Positions 36,440 to 49,486 of a stretch of DNA of 64,000 bases are shown piece after piece. The stretch is from Eledone cirrhosa (Eukaryota), in the NCBI GenBank assembly GCA_964016885.1, contig OZ024754.1, forward strand, positions 16,988,001-17,052,000, in the 5' to 3' direction. Within the stretch, counting starts at the first letter, position 1, and each line of letters begins with the position of its first letter. The notes under the pieces were generated by a model, which was not told the origin of the DNA, searched no databases, and saw nothing but the letters and a program-made list of their open reading frames with translations. Made by a program: the position numbers and the translations under genes.

Positions 36440-39084
36440 CATCTATATTAAAACTTTTATACTCTGCAATGTATTGAGTACCTTACTTACTGTGGTTACC
36501 TCCGATTCAACCCGGAATAACGTACTATATATATATATATATACACACACATACACATGGTGTGTGAGCTGATCTTAGAATGTTGAAGCTATCAGAGGAG
36601 ATAATGAAGGAATGCAGTAGGTGGAGGAAAACTGTGCTGGAAAAGACCTGCCTAAGTAATGAAACAGACATAAAAGGATAACACACACACACACACGCAC
36701 ACATACGTGCACATGCACACACACACATATACTTTATAGATTTCTTGTGAAAGTATCTTGAATCTGCTTAAGTTTTGCCGTATCTAGTTGAAGTTTTACC
36801 TCTAAGAGAATTAATGCAACTCTAATGGAAGTTTAGAAGTATTTCAGTTTTCGAAAGCAGATCTGAGTGCTTTTTAAAGATCCTCTGTTTTAGAAGAAAA
36901 TTTCTAATAATAAGTATATTGAAGAATTATAGAGTTGTCAGTAACTAAAATAATGATCATAAAGAGACATGGGCAATTACTTTCGGTTAAACATCAGACC
37001 CCAAGAAATGTACCTCTCACCATATTGCAGTTTTGGTGGTCTTATTTGTGCCAGTTACCAATTTGCTACTTTCTCAAATCTGTGAAGAGGAGGCGCTTTT
37101 AGAGGTGGCCTTTACTCACTTCATCATAGCTACATCATTTGGTTGTGAGACTTTTCTTGGGAGCTACTAGTGTCACTCATTGATCCATCTTCTCTAGTAG
37201 TTTACCTCTGTTGCTCTGGGACAATTCATCCAACAGGTGCCTGGCTGTATTGCTGTCTGCCACCTGCGACTTGTTCTCTAGCAGAACAGCTCTGCCAAGA
37301 AAAAAAATGTATTCTTCTAAATCTAGAGGCAGCTACAAGCCAATGAAGTAGTCTTTATGTAGTTGTTTGACATGATAAAATTGGCTACCAAATCTTTGTC
37401 TTGGTTAATTTTCTCAGGAAAAAAAACATACTGAGAAATTTAATCCTTGAAACAAAACTCATATATCATTAAAAATGAGGAATGAATGCTGGTCAAATGC
37501 TGAATTGTTTCCTTGTCAACACTGCTTATCAAATCTGTGGTAACAGTTGTTTATATCTTCTTAAGTAATACTTCTTTTTGCATAGTGGCCCCCAACAAAC
37601 ACCAATGGCATGTACCATACTTGGAATAAGATTTACCATATATCCTCAAATATCCCCCCCCCCCCCCCGCCCACATTTTATGTCTGAGAAATAGACAAAG
37701 TTCCAAACCCCGTTTATAAACCAAGGCTGCTAATCGAAACATTTAAATGGTATATATAAGCCAGCCTCTTGTTTTACCATCAATATTTTTTGCAGTCTCC
37801 CATAGTCTAATGACTGAACCAACCTGTAAAAGAATAAAAGAGTACCTTAACTTTAGAAACTAAGTAAAAGAATATTTGGAAGAAATATAGTAATTAAGGA
37901 ACGAATTGACCTTCCTTAATTACTATATTCTCTTCCAAATATTCTTTTACATGCAAAACCTAGCTTTTAAAGTTGTTTTTCTTTTTTCTTTTAAATATAT
38001 ATATTTTTTAATGGATAAAATGACTCTTTAATGATGCAATTGCCATAATTTCAACAGAGTATCAGATAAAGTTACTTGTCAGGCAAGTGTAACTCTGAGA
38101 AAAGATATTTGTAATAGAAAAGTGCCATCGTATAATTTTAAAGATTGAATCTGTGAAATATTTTAAGAAAAGTAATTTTCACTTTTTTTCCCCTCATATA
38201 GTCTATTATATAAATCAATAAGAGTTAATATTAACTTACAGAGAGTGCATAGTAAAAACCTAGTGAAGTGTTTAAAGAGAAGAAAGTAGTTCACTTGTGC
38301 TCACTGATTTCATTTAGCAGAATTTTGTAAGTCAAAGTAGATCTTCAAGATATGTGCAGTTTTTTTGTGAAAGCTTGCCAGACAAGGGGGTAGGAGGATA
38401 CTTCAGTTGGTGTTATAAGACACAACTTCTCCTCTGCACTCAATAGAACGTGCAACCATATGTAAGCAGGGAAAGCAGATGTTAAATGATGATGATATAT
38501 ATTGGTGTTAGGAAGGGCATCCAGCTGTAAAAAAACAGGCCAACCTTGTGCCTCGGATGGAAACTCTCTAGGTGCAAAACCACGGTCTGTAGTGACCGAT
38601 GGAGACCCTTGATAATACAGTGCTGTCAGGATACATGTATATATTCTGACAGCAATGATTACTCATTAGGGGTCACAATATCTAACAAGATAAACATTGT
38701 CCTGGAACATTTTAAAGGATGAACTTGATTGATTATCATATCTTCCAAGAAAAACTAGCTCAAGAAAATGTTAGAATTTTGTTGATTTTTAGGAGAGGCT
38801 ATATTTGAAAGATAGGAAGTTTATGTGGAAGCAAGTTGTCTGTGATGATTCTTTTTTATTGATTTACGTCTATTTTCAAATATCTGCTGCTGTGTGTGGA
38901 ATATAACTGGAATTTATATGAATAGTCTTCCAATTAACATTGACTAAGTCACCTGATATTTAGTCTTTATTATCCTTCTTAATAGCATCTCTTCTATTTC
39001 TAGTTTAATTCCTGACAATATTGTGAATAACTAGATACCTCTTTTGTCTAAAGGTTAGATCCGGTAGTTAACGATTTCATATTT

Positions 39085-39215
39085 GATTATATATATATAT
39101 GTGTGTGTATATATATATATATATATGTGTGTATATATATATATTTGTCTGTGTGTATATATATATATATATATGTGTGTGTGTATATAGATATGTGTGT
39201 GTGAATATATATATA

Positions 39216-39300
<85 letters not shown>

Positions 39301-39395
39301 GTGTGTATATATATATGCGTATATATATAATATGTGTGTATATATAATATATGTATATATATAATATATGTATATATATATATATATATATGTGT
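39085..39395. repeat. (TA)n/(TG)n compound microsatellite
   Basis: Direct inspection. Confidence 0.9.
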
Positions 39396-39520
39396 AGGAG
39401 GTGAGTTTTATTGTAGTACAATAAAGCAATGCAGATATCGGATAAGAAGCACTCTACAGTTTGTAGGACTGGAGTATACATAATATATAAGATCAAAAGA
39501 TGGTTAAAGGAGTTCCATGT

Positions 39521-39589
39521 ATTTTATTATGCGCATTTCAAAAACAAACATCATCATGCAATAATATTTGTGTTTTCATCAGATAAAAC
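39521..39589 (-). ncRNA. Hammerhead ribozyme motif (left arm)
   Basis: Reverse complement of 40591-40659. Confidence 0.83.
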
Positions 39590-40590
39590 AGGAGGACATG
39601 ATATGAATGCTAAAAAACACTTGTGGATAGTGCAGTTTTAAATCAACATATGAAAAGTAATTTTAGATTGATGTGTGATATTGGGAAAATATTTTGTTTA
39701 GAGAGGGGGGTGGAAAGGATGAAAAAAAGGGGAGGAGATGAGAGTGAAGGTGGAGAGGGAGAGATGGGTGATAGAGAGAGAGAGATAGTTTTTATAACTG
39801 AGAAAGATATATTGTTTTACATAGAGAGGTTGAAAACCGTTGGAAGATAATGTATAAATTAAAAGAATTTGAAAATTAACGAAGGGAAAAATATGTACGA
39901 AGAAGGAGAGGGAGTTAATATGTATTGAGATTAAAAAGTTTGATGATAGAGAGAAAAGAATAATGTATTGCGGATGAATATTCTAACGTCAAAAAAAATT
40001 GTGTGTATGTTTAAAAGTATTATGGAAATTTGAAAATTAACGAAGAGAAAAAAATTATTAAGGTTTGTGTATTGAAGGATTTGAGAAAAATAATGTGAAG
40101 TTAAGGTTTGTATATTGAAGGAATTGATAATATGTGCGTTAATTTTCAAATTTCCATAATACTTGTAAACATACACACAATTTTTTTTGACGTTAGAATA
40201 TTCATCCGCAATACATTATTCTTTTCTCTCTATCATCAAACTTTTTAATCTCAATACATATTAACTCCCTCTCCTTCTTCGTACATATTTTTCCTTTTGT
40301 TAATTTTCAAATTCTTTTAATTTATACATTATCTTCCAACGGTTTTCAACCTCTCTATGTAAAACAATATATCTTTTCTCAGTTATAAAAACTATCTCTT
40401 TCTCTCTATCACCCATCTCTCCCTCTCCACCTTCACTCTCATCTCCTCCCCTTTTTTTCATCCTTTCCACCCCCCTCTCTAAACAAAATATTTTCCCAAT
40501 ATCACACATCAATCTAAAATTACTTTTCATATGTTGATTTAAAACTGCACTATCCACAATTTTTTTTTAGCCTTCATATCATGTCCTCCT

Positions 40591-40659
40591 GTTTTATCTG
40601 ATGAAAACACAAATATTATTGCATGATGATGTTTGTTTTTGAAATGCGCATAATAAAAT
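40591..40659 (+). ncRNA. Hammerhead ribozyme motif (right arm), predicted cleavage after ATA at 40652
   Basis: gttttat CTGATGA aaacacaaata..tgtttgttttt GAAA tgcgca TA ataaaat, with palindromic stem III TGCGCA. Confidence 0.83.
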
Positions 40660-40699
40660 ACATGGAACTCCTTTAACCATCTTTTGATCTTATATATTA

Positions 40700-40737
40700 T
40701 ATATATATATATATGTATGTATGTATATATATATATG

Positions 40738-40800
<63 letters not shown>

Positions 40801-40993
40801 ACATACACATATATATATACATACATATATATATATACATACATATATATATATACATATATATATATATACATACATATATATATATATATATACACAT
40901 ACATATATATATACACATATATATATATACATACATATATATATATACACATATATATATATATGTATGTATATATATATATATATATGTATG

Positions 40994-41024
<31 letters not shown>

Positions 41025-41069
41025 GTATGTATATATATATATGTATGTATATATATATATATATGTATG

Positions 41070-41104
<35 letters not shown>
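40700..41104. repeat. (TA)n/(TATG)n/(TACA)n compound microsatellite
   Basis: Direct inspection. Confidence 0.9.
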
Positions 41105-41105
<1 letters not shown>

Positions 41106-41499
41106 GAGAAATGAGGCAAGCATGCCCCGTTGGATGTACAGTGTAAATGTGCGTGAACGACCCAGCATTAATGTGTTGAGAGAGAAACTGTGTCTGAGAG
41201 GGATAGAATGTAGTGTACGGGAGAGGAGACTGAGGTGGTATGGACATGTGATGCGCATGGAGGATGACCGATGGCTGAAGAAGTGCCAGGAAATGCCTGT
41301 TGAAGGAAGACGTGGTAGAGGTAGACCACGAAAAACATGGGCAGAGGTGGTGAGAACAGACCTCAGATCATTGAAGCTCACGGTGGAGATGACGAAGGAC
41401 CGTGACGAGTGGAGAGATGCTGTGCTGAATAAGACCCGTCCCACCCTTGCAAGCAGGGAAAAGCGGATGTAAAATGATGATGATGAGGATGATGATGAT
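41105..41499 (+). mobile_element. RTE subfamily A 3' fragment
   Basis: Near-identical to 6547-6939, ORF 41122-41472, (GAT)n tail. Confidence 0.93.
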
Positions 41500-41913
41500 A
41501 TATATGTATGTATATATATATATATGTATGTATATATATATATATGTATGTATATATATATGTATGTATGTATATATATATATATGTATGTATATATTTA
41601 TATATATGTATGTATATATATATATATGTATGTATATATATATATATGTATGTATATATATATGTATGTATATATATATATATATGTATGTATATATTTA
41701 TATATATGTATGTATATATATATATATGCATGTATATATATGTATGTATATATATATATATGTGTGTGTATATATATATATATATATATGCATGTATATA
41801 TATGTGTGTATATATATATATGTATGTATATATGTGTATGTATATATATATTTATGTAAGTGTGTATATATATATATATGTATGTATATATATATGTATA
41901 TATGTATATGTAT

Positions 41914-41947
<34 letters not shown>

Positions 41948-41970
41948 GTATATATATGTATGTATGTATG

Positions 41971-42003
<33 letters not shown>

Positions 42004-42058
42004 GTATGTATATATATATATGTATATATATATATGTATGTATATATATATATGTATA
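41500..42058. repeat. (TA)n/(TATG)n microsatellite array
   Basis: Direct inspection. Confidence 0.92.
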
Positions 42059-44682
42059 TTAGGGAGAGGATCAGGGGTGTATAACACTCCACTTATCCAA
42101 CAGGCAATATAAGGTTAGCTCGATGTCTGAGGACAGAGCCGTGATATAATCAATAACAAAGAACGCCTATGGCATATGCATATCTTTACTTGCTAACATT
42201 GTTTCATCCGCACTATAAGTGGGACTCATCAGAGCATAACGGTTGATTACACATCACACAAGCAATAACAAATCCAAGACATTGCAGAAATAAAGAATAA
42301 AAAATAATATAAGATAAAAAATATTGGGGAAGTAAAAATAAAAATAAACATTGAAAAATAAACATTGAAAAGTAATTGAAAAATAAGGGGTGCTATCAGT
42401 CACAGTTGGGCGGGGTGCTGTCAACATATAGTTACATACAAGCATACACATGGATAAGAGAACAGACAAGAATAGATAAGATAGATAGGAGTAGGTAAGA
42501 ATAGATAAAAAATAGGTGAAAAATAGGTAAAAAATAGACATATAATATATATAAAGGAAATATAAAAAAAACATACATATAAAATATACAGATAATAGTG
42601 ATACAGGGTAAGGAATGAAATAAAATAAAATAAAATTAAATTAAAATTAAAATTATATAAAATAAAATATAATATAATATAATAATAAGATAAAATAAAA
42701 TAAAATAAAATAAAATAAACTCAAATAAAATAATATAATATAATATAATATAAGATATAATTAAATAAAATTAAATAAATAAAATTAAATAAAATGAAAT
42801 GAAATAAAATAAAATAAGATAAAGTAAAGTAAATTGAGATAAGATATATATTTTTTTAGAATATATTTCTTGAATATATCAGGGGCCCACGAAGGCCCTA
42901 AGTGTCACAGTTATCAGTATCACTTGACCATTGCAATGCAATGGAGACGTCCCAGGTTGGGCAGTCTCAAAAGTTCACTCGAAAGTCACGGGTGTGCATT
43001 CACACAGTTGAGCGGTGGGGTAATCACAAACCGGTTCACACCCGGGCAGGAGTCCAATGGTCAACAGAGGTACATCGAAGGAAGGTAGGAGAATTCACGT
43101 GCAGCAGCAAGAGGCAGACAAGTGGGCCGAAAGCAAGCAGGTGCAGGCGGGCTAGCCGAAAGCAAGCAAATACAGTTGGGTCAGGCGGGTTAATATGCAT
43201 ACTCAACAGCGCATACAAAAGATATATAAAAAATAGCTTCAAGAGCCAATATCATGAAGTCACCGCATTGGAACATCTCAAGATTATACACACCAATATG
43301 TTCTGCACGTATATGCACACATACACACCACATGCATATGCAGAGGCGGTATACATATATATATATTTTTATATACAGACATATACAACCACCTACACCC
43401 ATACACATATAAATGTATATACAGACACACACGCACACACACACACAGCGTAGGACACCCGGGTCAAAGCTGATATTAAACACAGAAATACCACATTAGG
43501 CAAGACCCACCACCACGGATAATACATTCAAAATAAATACATACGAGGAGATGCAGTAAAATAAATCAAATTGAATTCCTACGGAGATAATCGTGTCCGC
43601 ACGTGCCATTGCCCGATTCGAGTGTACACAGACCGTTAGTAACTACGGAGGGCTATCGGGGCCAAAACGTTACTTTTGGGATAATAACAACGACCGTCAA
43701 TATATGGAAGGCCGATCGTGCTAGAAAGACTACAACACCGGGCAAGAGCTCCCAGAAGTCAGCCTGTAGATCTTAAACCACCGAATAGGAGGGCAACACG
43801 TACATGTGCCACGTATCTACTGCTTACGGCGAGATGGCACAGGTCCGCCCACAGTTACAGGCTAGATTTCTATTTGTGCAGCCTATATCACAGTACACGC
43901 TCTACATAGATACATTACATCATAACTCATGCGCATACAGAGGTACAGATCCGCAAGATACACGTCGGGATAGACCCACCAATGCACCAATGGTGGGTAG
44001 GCGAGCGTGGATGGGTTACATCCGCTGTGCCAAACAGGGGTGCTTATTAACATACACACCCATTCACCTGTACACCCCAATATCCAGATCAATATCCCCC
44101 CGCAGGCATACGTATACACTCACCGACTCATATACATAGAAGACAAACAATAGGAAACAGTTACACACAATAAGAGACAGTTACACAAGATAGCCCAACT
44201 GGAGAATTAAGGAAGTGCTAGCTAATAGGTTTAAAGTAGAAGAAAGAGCTTAATATTCGGTGGGGGCAAGAGGAAAATATTTCTGACTTTCTGTTTAGTA
44301 GAGGGCATTTAGCAAATATAATAGAGTGGGATTCGGCAAGGCATAGGTTACATACTCTATTATGAGGAGTATATGGATGGGATTTAGCAACCTGCCGCCA
44401 AGTGAGTGTGTAATGTGTTAGTGCATTTTTTAAATTCTGGACGTACGCTGCCAAGGAGGTGGAGTTCCTCAGTTTATTGTGTCTAAAAGTGCACTGGTGA
44501 GAGTTAAACCTGGTCTTAAAGGGGGTGGAGGTTGATCCTATATAGGTTTTAGTGGACGCCGTAGTTACCACATCACACGCATAAACTATGTTTCTAATAA
44601 GGCAGAAACCATTCAGGGGGCAGCCTGAAGCCCTTCTACAGTTACAATTTCTGGTGATGCTATTCTCAGAATGATCACCACT
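42059..44682 (-). mobile_element. Penelope-like element, 5'-truncated: GIY-YIG endonuclease C-terminus (44218-44680), about 2.1 kb downstream non-coding region, terminal hammerhead
   Basis: [26 protein letters not shown]...[18 protein letters not shown]...CNLCLAE...[14 protein letters not shown] is the PLE GIY-YIG domain. A hammerhead lies at 42191-42236 on the same strand, and (TA)n flanks both ends. Continuity of the whole span is inferred. Confidence 0.85.
42191..42236 (-). ncRNA. Minimal hammerhead ribozyme in the PLE terminal repeat
   Basis: Minus strand tgct CTGATGA gtcccac-ttata-gtgcggat GAAAC aat GTT agca. Confidence 0.8.
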
Positions 44683-44684
44683 TG

Positions 44685-44790
<106 letters not shown>

Positions 44791-44808
44791 TGTATGTATA
44801 TATATATG

Positions 44809-44839
<31 letters not shown>

Positions 44840-44843
44840 GTAT

Positions 44844-44874
<31 letters not shown>

Positions 44875-44927
44875 TGTATATATATATGTATGTATATATA
44901 TATGTATGTATGTATATATATATATAT

Positions 44928-45290
44928 TTGTCAAGGCAGAATTCTAGGAGAAGGAAAACTCTGATATAACACCTGCAACTCTGCTGGTATCCAATGATGT
45001 TGACTTGTTCTTCTTTTTGGTAAATATCATCTCAGTTAAGAGAGTGGGACTGGCTTTATGCAGTGCCTTTGCTCACTATAAAAGCTTCACAGCACAGGCA
45101 TTGCTTTATATCTGGAGATCTCTCTGCACTTGTCATCACATGGTACCATGTGCCCAGCACTATGTGTCAATAATTGTCACAAGTTTAGCGTTTATACCAG
45201 AATTTTCAAGTCGCTGGCTGGACTAAAAAGTCACACTCGTTCAGCGCATCGGTAGGGGTTCTCCTACGAAAACGAGTTGGCAGCCACCAT
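44928..45290. repeat. Second copy of the unclassified repeat at 15272-15767
   Basis: Near-identical sequence, flanked by (TA)n. Confidence 0.78.
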
Positions 45291-45326
45291 GTATGTATAT
45301 ATATATATTATATATGTATGTATATA

Positions 45327-46185
45327 TCATCATCATCATCATCATCACCGTTTTACGTCCGTTCTTCCATGTTAGCATGGGTTAGACGGGTTGTCCTGTT
45401 GTGGGCAGTGTCTGTTCGGCTGACCATGCCTTGCTCATACAGGAACTGATTTTGGCTTGATTTCTACAGCTGGATGCCCTTCCTAACACCAACCTCATTT
45501 ACAGTGAGTGCCGTGGCACCTCCACAACCACCTTGCAGTGGGAGTGTGTGGGGGCATATTGTCTATATGCTTCAGCTTGTACCCATGGGAGGTCGGGTAC
45601 TCTGTATTACTGCGTGACGCCAGAGGTCACGGTCGTGTGTCATCGCCTTTGAGAGGTGTAATTGGGTAAGGTCGGCTTTTATCACCTCATCCCAGGTCTT
45701 CTTGGGTCTCCCCACTCCGCGGTTTCCATTGACTTCTAGTGCTCTGCACCTTTTTATGCAGCTGTCATCCTTCATACGCATCACATGTCCATACCAACAC
45801 AACCACCTCTCCTGCACACAGCATTTGATTCCTCTTATGCTCAGTCTCTCTCTCAATTCATTTATGCTTTGTCGTTCGCTTATATTACTATTACACATCT
45901 ATCGGAGCATGCAAGCTCCGTTTCTTTCTAGTCTACGTAAGTCTTCCACCTTCAGAGCCCAGGTCTCACTACCATGTAACATTGCTGTTCGGATACACGC
46001 ATCATACAGTCTGCCTTTCATTCTGAGGGAGAAGCCTTTTGCAGCTAGCAGTGGCAGTAGTTCCCTGAACTTCTTCCATCCCGTTCTTACCATAGTTATT
46101 GTATTTTCTGAACACCCACCTCCGCTGCTAATTTGGTCACCTAGGCAGCAGAAGCTGTCTACTGTTTCTACAGAGCCCTCCCAGG
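45327..46185 (-). mobile_element. RTE LINE 3' fragment (subfamily C)
   Basis: ORFs 45899-46093 and 45572-45898 ([27 protein letters not shown]), with 3' UTR and (GAT)n tail. Confidence 0.92.
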
Positions 46186-46191
46186 GCTCTG

Positions 46192-46223
<32 letters not shown>

Positions 46224-46543
46224 TATGTATATATAAATATATATTTATGTATATATATATATATATATGTATATATAAATATATATTTATGTATATATAT
46301 ATGTATGTATGTATATATATATATATATGTATGTATATATATATATCTATGTATATATATATATGTATATATGTATGTGTATATATATATTTATACATTC
46401 ATATATAGTTAGGGAAGCAGGAAATTGCTTATTGTGATCCAGTTAGTGGTTAAGAAAGCCAGTTTCATCGATGGTTTCAACGTACGGTTAGGGGTAACTC
46501 CACAAGTTTGTAAGAATCGCGTTAAATCTTGGAGTATAAAGAA

Positions 46544-47794
46544 TAAAAGAGAAAACACAGGTAAGCATTAAAAAAGTATTTTATCCAGGTATTTACGACC
46601 ATTTCATTGGTAAGTGCAACCTTATATCGCTACACTGCAAATAGCAGCCACTCAATAATAATTGTTGTTCACCTCCAAATTTTCAAAATAATAAATAAGT
46701 TACTCGTAAAAGGTTCTTATTATGTAAAAAACATTTTTTGGGAATTGTATTTACTAGTATAGAGAGAGGAAGGGGGAGAATAATTAGGAAGTAGAGTGAC
46801 AAACGGAGATGGAGGGAGGGGTAAAGGTGGAAGGATTCCTCGATCAGTTTTGATTCGTAGACTTGATGTCGTCAATTTACAGTGTAGTGAGTTAAAGAGA
46901 ATTAAATTGTTTATAGTGGGAGGGAGAGAGAGAGATGGGGGGGGGGGGGGTTAGAGTGATAAATATATATATAAATAAAAGTAAAGAAGGGGGGAAGAAA
47001 ATAAAAAAAAGAAAAGATAGCAAAAAAGGGAGAGAAGAAAAGAAGAAAAAAAAAAAACTGTTCCACATTTTGAGTTCGAAGAATAAGTTTCTCAACAATA
47101 AAATCGAAAGATCAATTTATTGTAACCATAGACTCAAAGAAAAATGTTCACACTACAAGTGCAAATCGAACCCTTAACCTCTTACTACCACCTGACAAAT
47201 TGCATATACTTAGACTTTCTACGCTCTTATTGAATCTAACCCCTTTAATTACCCACAATAACCAATACCTATGTCCATCCTTTCTCCTTCATTCCTTTTT
47301 CTTTTTTCGTTTTCTTCTTTTCTTCTCTCCCTTTTTTGCTATATTTTCTTTTCTTTTCTTTTCTTTTTTTATCTTCCCCCCTTCTTTATTTTTATTTCTC
47401 TATCTCTCCCTCCCACTATAAACAATTTAATTCTCTTTAACTCGCTACACTGTAAATTGACGACATCAAGTCTACAAATCAAAACTGATCGATCGAGGAA
47501 TCCTTCCACCTTTACCCCTCCCTCCATCTCCGTTTGTCACTCTACTTCCTAATTATTCTCCCCCTTCCTCTCTCTCTATACTAGTAAATACAATTCCAAA
47601 AAATGTTTTTTACATATTAAGAACCTTTTACGAGTAACTTATTCATTATTTTGAAAATTTGGAGGTGAACAACAATTATTATTGAGTGGCTGCTATTTGC
47701 AGTATAGTGATATAAGGTTGCACTTACCAATGAAACGGTCGTAAATACCTGGATTAAATCCCTTTTTTAATGCTTACCTGTGTTTTCTCTTTTA
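46544..47794. repeat. Long inverted repeat (arms about 46544-47052 and 47309-47794, spacer about 250 bp)
   Basis: For example, taaaagagaaaacacaggtaagcattaaaaaag vs cttttttaatgcttacctgtgttttctctttta, and gaaggattcctcgatc vs gatcgaggaatccttc. Confidence 0.92.
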
Positions 47795-47949
47795 CATTCA
47801 TATATATATATATATATATATACATTCATATATATACAGGGTGTGGATGATATTTGTTCGCAATTTTCAACTGCTAATTTTATGCAAATTTTTTTTTAGT
47901 CCCGTTGTCACTCTTGTCTTCATAAAAACAGTGACTATATTTCCATTAT

Positions 47950-49225
47950 TTATTTTCAGAATAATTGATTATGAATAATAGCTATATGGTATGCGATGTT
48001 AGGTGTGGTAGAGTAAGAGTTTTTAATGGTATTTTTATTTATAAGATTATGGTATTTGTGGCCAGATGGAAAGTTTTTTTCTATGATTGAGAAGAAAGCC
48101 TTAGGTAAGTTGGTAGAGATGTTTAGATTGAAAGGGGGATTGAAGAATGTATTAGTTCTTCTATTTTTGTTTTTTGTAATGTCTTTTGGGGTATTTGTAT
48201 TTCTCTTTATATTATTATTGTGGTGTTTACTTTGGTGCGAGTTAAGTTTGATATTACCCTTCGTATTAGAGTAAGAGTGGCCAATACTCTTATTATTTTT
48301 CCTCATGGCCATGTGAGAAATAATGCTGTAACTATGTGATTTTATAGGTAGGAATTCAATCCCATTTTTATGGTTTGATTTAGCTAAGGCCTGATTATAG
48401 TATTGGGAATTATTGTTAAATATGGTTTCGTTATATGATAGATTAGATATTCTATTAGATATTCCTTTAGTAATTGAGTTTAATATGGATTTAGGGTGGT
48501 TAGACTTGGTATCCACATAAATTAGTTTTTCGTTTGGTTTATGAAAGGGTGTATATATTTTAGAGTCTAGGTAAAGGGTAGCACCAAGGAAGTTAACGTT
48601 TTTAGTGTTTTTATCTAAGGTGATACTTAAGTTGAAGTTTTTGAAAATTTTATGTAATAGTTTCCTAGTTCTTTCTATATTAAATTTTTTATAGTCTATA
48701 AGTAGTAGTGCATCATCGCAGTATAAACCACCATTGAGCTATGGTAGATCCTTATGGGTTTCATTTAGTAGATATAGGCCCACCAAATCAGTGACCTGCG
48801 CTGAGTCACTAGATCCCATAGTTATGTCAAAGTTGTTATGCATATCCTTGCGGGTCCATAATTGATCTTCAAATGTAATTATGATTTTTCGGGCCGCAAG
48901 TATGACATCCATCTGGGGTCTAGTCAGGTCACTATTGTTCATGGCCATAATTAGTGCCTTATTTAATAGGATATGGGAAATAGAGGTGTAGTATGAATTG
49001 ATATCAAATTGTATAAATTTTTTATTTTTATTCTCATTAATATCCTTAAACCATTCAATAACTTCACCTGTATTTCCCCATTGGTTAAGATATATTTTGT
49101 GCTTAATCTGTGGGATGATTCTATCTAATATTTTCTTGCTGATAATACCAATGTCGGATTTGGAAGGGCAGATTAGTCTTATCGAAGGGTTACTAATGTA
49201 GTCTTCTTTATGGTCCTTCAGAGAG
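47950..49225 (-). mobile_element. Penelope-like element reverse transcriptase fragment (decayed)
   Basis: Minus strand KDHKEDYISNPSIRLICPSKSDIG...NQWGNTGEVIEWF...FIQFDINSYYTSI...FDITMGSSDSAQVTDLVGLYLL...GGLYCDDAL...VNFLGATL...SNHPKSI...FFNPPFN, with at least one in-frame stop. Confidence 0.92.
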
Positions 49226-49309
49226 AATTTATATATTTATAAATTTATATATTTATTTATATATATTTATATATATATATATATATATATATTTGTATTT
49301 ATTTATCAG

Positions 49310-49361
49310 GGCTTTCCTGATGATTTCCTTCGAATGAAACAGTTCTAGCCCTGTAGAAGCC
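49310..49361 (+). ncRNA. Hammerhead ribozyme motif (family H2) in a pLTR-like remnant 49305-49440
   Basis: ggctttc CTGATGA tttccttcgaat GAAA cagttctagccctg TA gaagcc, followed by the shared H2 3' end. Confidence 0.78.
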
Positions 49362-49452
49362 ATTTCTATATTAAATATTTATACTCTGCTATGTATTGAG
49401 TCCCTTACTTACTGAGGATAACCCCGCTTGAACCGGGATACACATATATTTA

Positions 49453-49486
<34 letters not shown>

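Larger units (their letters stand above)
39479..40700. repeat. Long inverted repeat (arms about 39479-40042 and 40137-40700, about 560 bp each), pLTR-like, one hammerhead per arm
   Basis: The arms are near-perfect reverse complements. The ORF track shows the same spurious peptide [14 protein letters not shown] on both strands. Confidence 0.95.

Noticed and set aside
40539-42112. Numerous YI-repeat ORFs (also at 9.0-9.6, 12.2-12.9, 39.0-39.5 and 44.7-45.0 kb)
   Set aside because: (TA)n/(TATG)n microsatellite translations or antisense frames of RTE fragments.
42870-44139. ORFs of 63-183 aa in the GC-richer blocks
   Set aside because: No recognisable domains. They lie antisense within the PLE downstream region and run into CA repeats.
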